Positions 22,046 through 34,134 are shown, counted from the whole stretch's first letter. The stretch is DNA of 49,580 nt, filler included, from Dimargaris cristalligena (GCA_003614675.1; 2 parts of 2 records of this genome joined end to end with filler, not necessarily neighbours in it); one strand, 5' to 3'. Translations and numbers: made by a program. The notes: a model not told the origin generated them from the letters alone.

Positions 22046-24275
22046 ATGTGGCGACTGACTACTTCCCGCACCTCCATTCGCTTGGCTCAGGCTCTAGGGA
22101 CCCGACCATTCCTCCCGACCACCGCCTCCCTTTGGGTCAATCGAGCTGCAGTATGGGGAGGTACGTCCTCCTCCTCCTCCTCCTTCTTCTTCACTCGACC
22201 TTTGGCGCAGCGTTCCCTCAGGACCAGTCCGACCCACAGCAGCGCGGGGACGGGAACGGGGCCGACCACTGCCGGTTTTCGCGAAGGAAGGGAGGAAGAC
22301 CTGTGGGCCCGCTTCGGGGAGTACCGCACCAGTCTGCGTCTGGCTTGGCCCCACTTGAATACCACCCAGCGGGATATGATTGCTTCGATGCTGCGGGTGA
22401 ACCAGGCCGGTGAAATTGGGGCCAATTATATTTATAAGGGCCAGCATGCGGTATTCGCCCGGCATCCTACTCTAGGGCCTTTGATTGAGGTAAATAAGGC
22501 AACTCTTCCTTCATGAGATGGTGGCGAGGTTACGAATGAAACACCATATATATATATATATATATAAGCATATTCATATATGCTGGTGTATTACACGTCG
22601 TCCTACTTCACCCCACCCCACTCACCCATTTCCCCCATTGCATATATGAAATAACTCGATGTTTTGTTGAACAGCACATGTGGGACCAGGAAAAGAAGCA
22701 TCTGTTCGTATTTGACCAGTTTATTGGCCAGAATCGCGTTCGACCCACCCTGCTTCGTCCGATTTGGGAAACGGCGGGGTTGGTTGTAGGGGCCGGCACC
22801 GCTCTCATGGGCAAAGAAGCCGCCATGGCGTGTACGGAAGCCGTTGAAACGGTGATTGGCCAACACTACGACGAGTAAGTTTCAAAAATGGACTACCACT
22901 ACTACTTACTACATGGAGGGAGGGACGAGTTCTGATTTTTACACACCCAACTTTCATCCTCAGTCGCTCTTTGGCTGACCACACCCACACACTAATCCCC
23001 CCCCCTGGTCTGGTATTTAGTGCAACTGGGATTAGAGGGATCGTGTATCTTGGTGACTAGGCATAGTTACCCACGACTCACTCGGTAAAGGTGAAAACTG
23101 GGATACTAAGTCGAGAGTGGCCCTGGATAGCCTATCCGTTAGTATAGCTCTGCCAATACACCCGTCCTCTTCCCCCCGGCAATATGGGTCTGACCTTCTA
23201 CCCACCCATGTCGTGGCGGGCTTGATCACTACTACCCGGTGACTAGGCATTTTGGGTCTAGCCCCCCCCCCCCACGGAACCGGTTTAGACAATAGGGTCA
23301 AAATATATAGTCGCTGGAATAGTGATTAACAATCTCCCTGACTAATAATATCGAGAGGATTGTGCTGGGAATTTAGTCACATTTTCTTTCCTGGCTGATC
23401 CCTCTACCCTCCCCTAATACTTCACCTATGTTCTAATTTTTGCACCGTTGACCCGACGGACTGATGGTAACTGTATTGCTTCTTGTATATCCCCCCCTCC
23501 TTCACTCCTTTGATTTGTACTTATTTAGCCAACTGCGCGAACTTCTTAAAATTGTCCATCCTGAAATTGAGAATCTACGGAAGGTAAGGCTGTTTGAAGA
23601 TATTAGAGTCACACGGGATTTAGAGCCCCTGGGCAATCCTTGCCATTCTACCTTATTGGGGTCGATGTTACTGCCAATCATTTTTGCCCCATCCGTTGGG
23701 TTGGGTTAGTGTAGTGAAAGGGAGGGAGAGTGGTGTGGTGGGCCTAGAGTTAGTAAGGCACTAAAACAAGTTGCTTGAATGAAGAGGGGCGCCCTATGAT
23801 TCACTGGTTAAGCGACATTTGTGTCTAATTCTGAGTACAACTGGCTCTATGGGTAATTTGGCTGATTATACTACCTGGCTGATTGTAGATTATCAAGGAA
23901 TTCCGCGACGACGAACTTGAACACTTGGACACTGCCGTGCAACACGATGCCCATAAGGTAAGTTAACTTAAGCATAGGCATAACGCCCTGGTCAATCGGA
24001 ATATATCTACGATGCCGCGCCACTCTGGATTTCTAGAAGTGTAAAGGGGTTTCACCATTTCAACGGTCCTTGTACTTCCAATGCATAACTAAACCAAACC
24101 CCCCCCCCCCCCCCCCCCCACCCCGCCCATTGGCGGTTGTAATCCCCTTCAACCCCCCCCCCCCTTCACTCTCATCAACCACAATATTTACCGACAGGCG
24201 CCGGTTTACGAAGGACTTTCTCAGATTATCAAACAAGGCTGCAAAGTGTGTATCGAAATTGCCAAACGCGTTTAA
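22046..24275 (+). CDS. COQ7: 5-demethoxyubiquinone hydroxylase; exons 22046-22489, 22675-22874, 23529-23583, 23889-23957, 24198-24275
   Basis: [78 protein letters not shown] (di-iron ligands). Arg/Ser-rich mitochondrial-type presequence. Confidence 0.95.
24099..24164. repeat. Poly-C tracts (C21 and C12) inside COQ7 intron 4
   Basis: C run 24099-24119 and C run 24153-24164; G-rich on the minus strand. Confidence 0.85.
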
Positions 24276-24777
24276 CTCATTGGCCCGGAATCTCTTTTTA
24301 TTTACTTTCCATCTCACATTCCGGAACCGATTCGGCCATTGGCGTAATCCACTTGTTTGGTACGTTTCGGCTTCTTGTATGGGAGCGATTGGGGCTTTTA
24401 TGCGGAAGCCGACCTTTTATTCTTTTTTACCATCTATCTATCTATATATATATATATATACTGGGTTAAGCGTACTGAATGTATCAGTAGGTGAGTATGG
24501 TGAGCATGCGAGAACTTGGTCATTGTTTCTCATTAGTATTTGATACAGTGCAGCCCATCAACTCATTTGTTTGACACAACGTTGTAAGTGGAAGTAACAT
24601 CCATTGACTAGCCACCCTTGTAATAAAGTTGATTGACGATATCATATTCTGATTAATAGGGTACTATAGGTAAAACAGCCCCGGCACTTAAATGGGGTTT
24701 CCGAATTCGATTGAACAATATGATATGGGAGTAGTTCAGCAAGGCTGTATAACGAAAAATCCATTTGATGAGGCAAA

Positions 24778-24877
24778 NNNNNNNNNNNNNNNNNNNNNNN
24801 NNNNNNNNNNNNNNNNNNNNNTTAATTAATTAANNNNNNNNNNNNNNNNNNNNNNNNNNNNNNNNNNNNNNNNNNNN
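24778..24877. other. Assembly gap / artificial contig spacer: N44-TTAATTAATTAA-N44
   Basis: Exactly 100 nt, symmetric, with a palindromic 12-mer that places stop codons in all six frames. Confidence 0.95.
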
Positions 24878-27465
24878 ATGAAAACACCTTGGTGTGCTCG
24901 TAGGAGTGGGGTCCGGGTTGGCCGTATGAAGTCGACAGGCCGGCACCCCCCACGCTCGCATAAGACACCCCGGGCGATAGAGGCGCCGGATAGGCCGGGG
25001 AGGGCGTCGCCATGCCGGAATAGGGCGGGAGTAATTGGGCCGCCGTGTGGGATCGATGCGGGCGAGTGGGACCGGTTGCTATGGGTCGGGGCGGAAAGTT
25101 GGGTCCGGTGGTCGGAGGGGAGGTCCCTCCCGGATAGACGGGGGGCAGTGGATGGGGGGAAGGCCGCGGGGCGCGGGGGTTGGGCGGTCCACTTAAAGCA
25201 GGCGGAGAGCCCGGCCAATACCGACTATCAATGGGAGGAAGACGGATCTCCGAAGGCGAGTACGAAGTGGCCCGACCCGCGGCCGGCAGGGGGAGCCGGG
25301 GGAAAAGGGGGGCCGACGGACGGGGGTGGGTCTCCATGGGCCCGGTCGGGGCCGGAAAGGGGGGCGAGGCGGGGCGGGGCGAGAAGGAATAGGGACCTGG
25401 GGAAGCCGGCTGCCGGTAAAGCGGACTATGCTCGGATGGGTTACGGCGCAGGAATTTATGAGGTGAAGTGGGACTCGGTACCCGGTCATCCGAAACGCGG
25501 CTAGGTCGCCGGGGGAAGTCGGGCCAGGCGGATTCCGCGGCACTTCCGTCGAAGCCCGGTGATGGGTGGACTGGGAGTCGCCGGGGTAGGGCAGCTTGAG
25601 GAGGGACGGTGTCGGGGGAGACGCCTCTGAATATCCGGTCAAGGGTCTCGTTGAGGGGCGGTAGTGGAAGGCGGGGTTCAAAGATGTCCGCAGGGCCGGG
25701 GGGTGTGGAGGATAGCAAAGAGGGCTCCGTCAGCCGATTGCCCTGCTCAATGACATCCGAGGGGGGTGCCAACCAAGTGGGCGGCCGGGTGTTGGCTAGG
25801 GGCCGCATGATGGCCGATATAGAAGGGTAGTGCCGGGCGGGGCCCGAAACAAGGTGGGGGCCTAGATTAGGACCGGTCGGGGCGGTTGTTACGGGAGTAA
25901 TAGAGTGCCCTGTGGATAGATAGTCGCGTAAAGGAGGTAGTAGAATACCGGTCGGGGGGTCCAAAAATAAATATAAAGCGGATAAGGAGGCAAACAGTCA
26001 AGATTAATATTACTACAGGGTCTTTTGCACACAGTTGAACACGAGAGAACTGCTTCGGTCAAATACAATCCTCGATTAATGGTCCATAGAGAGGGTGAGT
26101 GAGAGAGCCCGAGAAGCGGAAGGAAGAGGGAAAGAGGGGTTAGTGGCCAAGGCCAGGGTGTAGGACAGGCGCTTATTTGGAGCAGGGATAACGAGCCAAA
26201 TAAAAATGCCGAAAGGTCAGTTGTTGACTGAAGGGGCTTCGCCGACTGAGTTAGGTTTAGGGTTATGTGAGTTGGCAGGCAACTAGTGGGTTTAAGTACT
26301 TGGAGCAGGTTATTCCGGATACTAAACGCACTTGCCCTGGACCATTGCGCCCGTTACAGAGCTAACCCTCCCCTCCTCCTCCCCCTGCAGCGGTCGGCTC
26401 GGGGACTATTCAGGAAGGCTGAACGGGGTGGAGATGGAGAGTTCCGTAACTCGTTGACTGTTCCCTTCGGTTTTCACCAGACCAAAAATCAGTAGGGAGA
26501 GGGGGTTCCGACTGACAGGGCATCTCCCTCTTTGGCTCAGCTGCTCCTTAGTCTCGATGGGAAGTGCGCATTGACACTAGTGTGCAACGAGCCTTTGGGG
26601 GTTAGACGAAGGTACCGGGCTATATTTTTAACCAAATCGGGCGAACGAGAATTCGCCCTGGGCTATTAATAAGGGAATGGGGAAAACCAGCAGACCTAGT
26701 CCATCGAGGGACAAGAGGCCCCGGCTGGGTTCGGGACACCCCGGCGATGCCGTCTAAAAGGGCACCATTATACCAGCACAAGGGGGTCGCGAATGGTGGG
26801 GATTGGGATTCTGTCGAGCTGTGAAAGAGGCGGAGTGACTGGGGCAGACATCAACCGGCCCGGTCGGCTGTCATTCATTCGGACCTAATGGCTTCTCACA
26901 AAGGAGATTATAGTCCCGTAATCCCCGGTTAGACCACGGTGCTTTAGAGCGCGAGTCTGTGGTTGCAGAAGGTGGACTGCAGTGTTTGGAAGCCACACCA
27001 CATTTGCGGGTGTGGTGAGGCAAACAGAGAAAAACACGGCCCCGTGTGGCTCTCGCCTAGCCAGCGAGCACCCATCGTTTACCAAATGACCGGTGGAAGC
27101 ATAATTTAAGGCGCCGTTGTTTACGGGAACACGCTGGGAAGCCAGTCCAGCGGCGTCATCAGGAACTAAATGCCGGAGATGTGACGAAGTGGGGAGCATC
27201 TACCCCTCTTTCGTTCTCTTTCCGTCACTCTCCCCCTCTCAAATCCGAAAAGGACCAAAGGCCTGGTCCAATACGATGGCCACCACCAGCCTCTATCCCG
27301 CTCGGGATCATCGCATTTGATGCTATAATTACACATCACTATATATAATAAATAAAAGGGTCACTTACAAGGATGGGCCAACGGCGGGGGGGGCGACGAA
27401 GATTGGGGATGGTCTGGGAGGCCAGGTGGCTGTTCGGGGGGCAGTCCACGTTTGCCGTGGGCCAT
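24878..27465 (-). CDS. Pro-rich probable transcription factor, 3'-truncated by the gap (possibly Con7-like C2H2); putative exon 1 27465-27369, exon 2 25909 to the gap
   Basis: Long open frame with repeated LPPL/LPPI motifs ending ...HSYEHTKVFS at the gap. Upstream ATG exon MAHGKRGLPPEQPPGLPDHPQSSSPPPPLAHP ends in phase 1 at GTAAGT (27368) and matches a phase-1 CAG acceptor at 25910. Exon 1 and family identity are inferred. Confidence 0.5.
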
Positions 27466-27624
27466 TACAGAGCCGGTCAAGGGCGATTAAACGGTAACTA
27501 GAATTAAAAGTGCGAAATAGGGGGAAACAGAGGGACAGGGGCGACGAGGGTTGGTTCTGGGCCATTGGTACCTTCTTCTTAGGAAGCCAGGCGGGGCGGT
27601 GAAGTGGGCGCGCGCACTAATGGA

Positions 27625-28020
27625 TACACATACACACACACACACAGACAGACAGACAGACAGAGACTGTCACCCGTACAAGAATAACGAGAGAGGGAGA
27701 GCGGCGCACACGGAGGCGGCGCGGCACTCTAAACAAATAGAACTGGGGGACGGTGCCCGTAGAAGCGACGGTACAACGAAAAAAATGGGGCAGGGAAGGA
27801 GGGCTCTAATAAGGGTATTGGGGGCGCGCAAATGATGATAAAAAAGCGAAACGGGGGAGCGGGGATCGCCCTGGGGTGAGCAGGGCTGGTCTAATTATAG
27901 AGATTGAATAAAAATACCGGACTGAATGAACCAAATAAGTCGAGGACTAGTGAGAGAAGGGCGATCGATTTGGCAGCCATAAAAACACACACACACACAC
28001 ACACACATCCACATCCACAT
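27625..28020. repeat. (CA)n, (GACA)n and (CACATC)n microsatellites
   Basis: 27625-27665 tacacatacacacacacacacagacagacagacagacaga; 27985-28020 (AC)n followed by ATCCAC repeats. Confidence 0.8.
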
Positions 28021-29344
28021 CTACAGAAAGAGAGAGCGAGAGAAAGAGGTAGCGACTGCAGGCGTCCAACTACAATACGCCTAGAGTGCTTCGGAAACCG
28101 TGGTCGAACCAAACGAGTCAACTGACGGAGAAGACGATGGAGTCAACGAAGAAGGACGAAGCCAGGTAAGAGGGTTCGGGTGCGCTCGGGCCGAATATAA
28201 ACTAGAACCTGTCCAAGCCGACGGACGGTTAGGTTAGGGTGGGCTCGATGTATGGCACTGCCAGAAAAGAAATCCGGCAAACTAGGGGGGAATAGAAAAG
28301 AGGTGGTGACGGAGGCAGGGGGGCAGTAGGCTGAAATTAGACTGGCCAGAAGAGCAGCAAAGGGGGGAGGTATACAGCGGAGGAGGCGGGATGTGGCACT
28401 AACGCAGCAGGGAATGTCTAAATGAGCCTAGTCACCACCTGCAGCCGCGCGGGATTGAATGGAACCAAGTGCGGGAATCCCCAGCACAATAGACGAGGAC
28501 TAAACGGGGCGTCGGTTGGGGCCGGCAGACTAAGGCAATTGGGGACTAATTGGCCGCAACGAGCCAAGACTATACTAAAAGGCAGCGAACGCGTCAATAG
28601 CGTAGAAGATATACAAAATAGGGGTTAGGGTGGAATTGCGAGTGGATGGGGGCCGGTTTAAATGCCCTTTAGAGGGAGGGAGATGCACTGGGTCAGTTGC
28701 TGCAAGGCAGACGGACTGGGGAATCCTCTGCTCTGACGCCGGCTGTCTCGTCGCGTGAAGGGTTCATTTGACTTGACTATATCCGCTAGTCAGTCACTGT
28801 GCGAGGCTAACCCTCGGGGTGATGCAATCTCAGGGAGCCCGGCTTAATCCATTTAGCCTTTTGGTGGACCCGTTGGCTGATAAATTGGCCTTGTAATGGA
28901 GCTAACCCTAAAAGCTGAAAGCGTTTGGGTCCCCGATCCAGGCCGCTGCTTCATTATCGGGATGCCTCTCCCCCCTGGGCAATAGTAAGTAGTAGGTTTA
29001 GTGAGGGAGATCCTGCGGCTGGCTAATGAATGAATGGACGAAGTCAACTGGTTCTCCTCTTCCACCCGTTAGCATGGTAAAAGGGGGACAGCCGCCGGTC
29101 TTTGTTGATCAGCCGGCGCCCCGCTGAAGTAACCCCGTCGACTCCACCAGAGGCCACTGCCATTAGCCGCGTTATACTTTATTTCCCTAAAATGTTTATT
29201 TGTACTGTATCCCATTGTCGACAAGCTCGGTCTAGCCTTCTCTCACGACTATGCTTCCGTACACACATCTCCCCCTGCCCGCTGCTAGTCTCTCAACATA
29301 CCCCCCCCTAGTGCTCCTATCCAACCCTCCGGTACCGTAGCATC

Positions 29345-29647
29345 ATGTATCCGCCCAGTATGAGAGGCGGAGCTGTAAGCACTCCTCCCCTTGTCAACCT
29401 AGCCGGGGTGTACCGCCCACACCCGCCCCTCAGCAGCGGCTGTGCCATGGCGGGGGCAACGGTCGAACGGACCACAATCGCAGGCAGTAGTGTCGACTCC
29501 GCCAGCAACGGCCCTGTTCACAGCCTAACCCCTCCCCCTCTCCTCCCGGGTACCTACCATATGAAGGACGGGAGAGCGGCGAGAATCGTCTGCATAAGCG
29601 ACATTGTGCGTTCCCAATTGAACCAGACGGGCAGCTGCTCTGGTTGA
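29345..29647 (+). CDS. Possible small hypothetical protein (100 aa)
   Basis: ATG in CATCATG context after a C/T-rich leader like those of real genes here; no recognisable family. Confidence 0.25.
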   Translation: MYPPSMRGGAVSTPPLVNLAGVYRPHPPLSSGCAMAGATVERTTIAGSSVDSASNGPVHSLTPPPLLPGTYHMKDGRAARIVCISDIVRSQLNQTGSCSG

Positions 29648-32295
29648 TGCGTATTACTGCATACGAATGGCCCTCTCTGCTCCATGCCATCCCATGCAGC
29701 TTCGGCAGCCCTGTGAAATGCCAAATGAGACGAGTCCAGAAAGACGGAGGCGGTGTGGGTGGAAGGGGGGAACATAAACCACCCCCATCCATACACAAGC
29801 CGGTGTCGTTTTGGTGAGGGAAGTGAATGGTAGAGGAGGAGGGATTAGGTAGGCTACGCCGATTGTCGCGGGGTTCCACTACCGAAGGGCGTGTAAAAGG
29901 GTTCCGACGGTCCAACCCTCTATAGCCCACTGATGAGCAGCCTGTACCGCCATTACTCTGAATAATCCTCTCTCAAAGCACACTTTGGTTCGTGACGGGC
30001 CCTCGACCGCATGGGGCTCGCCAAGCTTATCTAGAGGCCTGGCGGGTAAACAAAGGGTGGCTTATGGGGCAGTGTTGCCATCATACGCCCTGATTGTGGC
30101 TGGTGGGAGGGACAATCGGCAGGATTGGCACGGTAGAGGTGACCCGGTCACCACACCATTAAAACCATATCCGTGTCCCTACTATAATCCCCCTTCGTCC
30201 TAGTTTACGTGTTGCTGGAGAAGGGACGCGATGGCCTTGGACCCAGCTCATTCTCCTGGTCTGCACGGAGCTGACGGAACCGTTGCACTCTAGGGGGGTT
30301 GGTATTCGCCTGGTTTCCGTTCATTTCCGATGCTTTCCTTAGAGTCGGATAGATAGTGGCTAGGGCCGTCTATAGCTACATGAAACTGCACGGAAAAGAT
30401 GCCGAGGCCCCTTCCATCCCCCACAGGCACCGGCTATAGGGAATAAGGTGAAGGGGCCGAGTCGCTGCCAGGTCAGATGTCACCTCGCACCTTAGGATCA
30501 TGTAGGTTCGTCTCTGATCCCCCACTAAACCGTACCTAGCCAACTCCCTTCCTCGTCTAATTGACTGAAGACCTCCACCACGTGAGTGTGAAACTACTCC
30601 GAAGGTGAGAACGTTGACGTGGCGCCCTCTAGCAAATGGGGTACTCTCTCATAGATCACTCCCCCCCTTAAACGAATGCTCTCGATGCCTCCCCAACTGC
30701 CATGGCCCCCCCACCGTCACTAACCATACAGAAGCAGTAGTAGTAAACCCTAGGGCAGGGGGAATCCACCCACTTTTCATTTCGGGTGCAGTAGAGACGG
30801 CCATCATCATCATCTTCTTCTTCACAACAATAGCAAGAAGGCATCACTAGCATTAGCCCTTGGAAACAAGTCAATGTATCCTCTTTGTATCCCTCTCCCA
30901 TCTCTTTTACATTCCCATGTAGTGCTGAGTCATTAATATGAGTCGTTTATCCATGTAGGGGGATCTAGGTAAGCGGTGTAGTACGTGTAGTCTAAATTAA
31001 TAGGGATCCGCTGGGTGCTTCGATTCAGCTGTAAATCATCCCCCACCCCTGACACGGCCAGCTACTTTCGGCCGCCAAGATGAATGTCATTGACCCCGTG
31101 TTCGAGAGACCACATAGATCCTTTTCATAACACTGACTGGTCCCCCCTCCCCACCGAAGCTCGAGTAAGCGGGACCTAATCAGTGAATATGACGAACGGC
31201 TGCAAGTAAATTGCATTCACCTTCGGAAAATCAAACCACTGACTAGAAAGAACCCCGGTCCATTAGGATAAGCTCCGTGACAATTGTCCGCCAGGGAAGT
31301 AAACCCTAAATCAGCTGGGAGGACACACCTGAAGGGCGAGTGTGCGAGGGTAGGAGGGATCTCTCCTCCGGTCGGTAAATTTCTAGAATCAAGTAGCTGG
31401 AGGTTCACCACCATGAGCATCGGCAGGGCATCTCGGCCTATGGACTAGCCCCGTTTGGAATAACCCCAACTGGTCTAAGCTCTTGTGAGGAATACGCCTT
31501 GCTGGCCACCTCATTCGAGAAATAATTTCTGATGCACACTACATCACTATCACTGTACCATCCCCCCCATTCGGCCCCGCACAGATGGTCAAAAAGTCAC
31601 TCGTTATTTGCTCCTGCCACGCTAGTGTGTAGGGCGAGTCCACTCAGCTGTGCATTGGAAAAGTATAGTTTGGGGGAGATATTGAAATGCAAATGCCGAG
31701 TGTTCCGAAGGATTCGCGGGAAGAGAGAAGGGAGAGAGAGGGATAAAGTTCTTCAGCAAGACGCGAACCCTGGGTGGCTAATACCAAGCGATGCCGCCTG
31801 GTTTCCCACCCCACTCAAAAGGGGGGCCAGTCGCGATCGCTGCGAGACTTTAGTCGAGTGGATCATTTCATGGCACGATTTGGTCAAGCATAGTTAGTAG
31901 TGGGTTGGGGTGGGTGAGGGAGCTCCTGGCTACACTACGCCCATCTGGCCCTTTGGGACGGCAATACCAATTGAGGTATCTTGGACCACTGCCCAAGTTC
32001 CCACCCGTCGAGTCATTTGGAGGTTCTCTTTAGCCAATTTTGAAAATTTGACAAGCCCACAGTCCTAAATATAGTAACTAGTACAGTATTCGCCTAACCC
32101 AGGTGGGCCTAGGATCGCCCAGGCGGGAGGGGAACCGCGAATGGGAGTATCAGAGGACTCGCAGCCCCGTAAATCCACGCATCACCCAAAATAGATATTC
32201 CACATTGGGATAGGTAAAATTCATTGGTGATTGACACATAGACATGGACTGAGACCCCCAAAGGGAAGAGAATAAAGAACAACGAGCGCGGTGAC

Positions 32296-34134
32296 CTAAA
32301 ACACGGCCCCGAAGCTATACCGCCATGACATGAAACCACAGGTGGTTGGAGTTAGTTAGCCCGGGTTACGGTACACGACATATGCATAGGTAGCCGCAAT
32401 GAGGGCCAGCGTCGAAGTAGCCCATAGCCCAATTGCCATTGCGGACGTGGATGGGGGGAGTGGTCGTTGTGAACGAGTACGGCGCGGGTTTTTACGGGTG
32501 CGGCGGGGGGTTGAAGGTAGGTCAGAGATGGAGGGGTTAGTTCCAGTCGAGGTACTGATGATTAAGTAGCTGTCCAGTGAACGACGGCATAGCAGAGACA
32601 TCCACCATGGGAGATGGCAGGGGTGAAGGTGGTGTCGGTCCGTTATTCCCCACGCCATTCGTGCCAGTAGCCCCGTCCCAACGCCAAAGAATCCGCCCCA
32701 CGAATAAACGATAAACCAAAACAGATACAATGTAGCGGTGGTCAATAGAGAGGCCTTCATTGGCGAAATGGGGTGGGTCGGAGGGTGGCCGGGGGCAGTG
32801 GTATCTAGCGTCTAGAGTCAAGGAGCACATACGATTCTCGGAGGTATAAAATAAACATGTGAACTTACCCAAAGGTGGATTTGATACTCTGCCAATAGAA
32901 CTGGTGCCAGTTGCTCTTGGTCTGGTCTTCGTCACCCACCGGCACCCCCGTCTGGCGGAGGTGCAAGCGTACTCCACTCTCAGTCTGGTCCAGATCGATG
33001 CTCACTTGGGAGTAGTAGCCCTGGGGCCAGCTGGACAAGCGCCACTTTTGCTTAATACTGCGGCTGGGTTCCAGCTGCTCGTTTTCACCCGTCACATTGC
33101 CCCCGAAAAAGGAGAAGCGGCCACCGACACGAGCCTCGAACTGGGGCGCCGATCGGGTCCACGCGGCGATGCGGGCCGGGTCCGTCAGGGTAGTGTACAG
33201 CTCGGCCGCACTGGTTACGAACTCGACGGTTTCGTCCACGGTCACCGTATTGGTCACCGCAACTGGGGCGGCGCCGCCCGATGAGCCGGCGGATGGGGCC
33301 TTGACCGAGGTGGGCTCGTGGGCCGGCTTGGCCACGCGCGGCATGGCCGGGGGGGTAGGAGTGCCCAGCTGATCGGGGTCAATATACACGTCCTTTCGGT
33401 GGGATTCAATCAGGTCACCACGGAAGGCAGCTAGGCGCTCACGCAGAACCTGGGTTAGTTGTTTGCGCACCACTTCTTTGATTTCCCGCTTCTCTCGAGT
33501 TTCAGCGGTAATGGTGATATCGAACACATAGTCGCTAGTGTCGGCATCATGGGTCACCTCAGGGATGTGGATGGAACCGGCAGCCTCGGTACCATCCGGG
33601 CCCGTGCCTGGTGGTGCGGAAGTGTGAAGGAACAATTAGGGCATGTGGTGCGGCAAAGGGGTTTTAGTCGGGGCAGATAAAAGGGTTATAGGGCAAGGAA
33701 CGCCCACAACTCAATCGCTTATAGCAAATCAAAATACTCCAAAAAAAAACGGGACTGGGTTTACCAACGTACCTGACCAATTCAACTTGATTTCCAAGTC
33801 GAAGATGGTAATGACCTTGCCCTTGCGCTGGTTCAGATCGCAGTCGCCGGTAACGCTGGTCACATCCTCCGTCGTGACGTGATAGCCATTATAGTCTACA
33901 GCAACATTGGCTAGCCTGTCCTTGAAGTAGCTCTTGGCCCAGTTGATGCAGTTTTTGTCGGTCCAATGCCTAGCCGTATGGGGAATGAGGCCGGCCAGTA
34001 TAAGTGGGTGGTGTGAGTGACGGGTTAATCCTGAAGCAATAGCAGCGACTCGCCGCTGACCTGGGTCGAATTCCGTCTGCGAGTAACTTCGGAGCTTAGG
34101 CTTACCAATTGTTGACGTTCTTCCAGTTCGACAT
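32296..34134 (-). CDS. AHA1: Hsp90 co-chaperone Aha1; exons 34134-34106, 33969-33773, 33607-32869, terminal exon 32314-32296 (alternative terminal exon 32569-32356)
   Basis: MSNWKNVNNW|HWTDKNC (NxNNWHW motif), NQRKGKVITIFD, GSIHIPEV, START-like C-domain (GGRFSFFGGNVTG...IKQKWRLSSWP...NWHQFYWQSIKSTFG|FGAVF*). Confidence 0.95.

Noticed and set aside
8005-24275. Lipid/isoprenoid gene cluster (thiolase, Zn2Cys6 factor, lipin, COQ7)
   Set aside because: Ordinary housekeeping genes from different pathways, interrupted by APRT; no backbone enzyme or shared motif seen.
27832-27925. Possible C/D box snoRNA (ATGATGA ... CTGA, about 94 nt)
   Set aside because: No terminal stem or rRNA-antisense guide recognised, and it lies on the strand opposite the apparent local transcript.
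28137-28171. Plus-strand mini first exon ATG...CAG|GTAAGA (MESTKKDEA)
   Set aside because: No convincing downstream exon, and local base composition fits a minus-strand leader.
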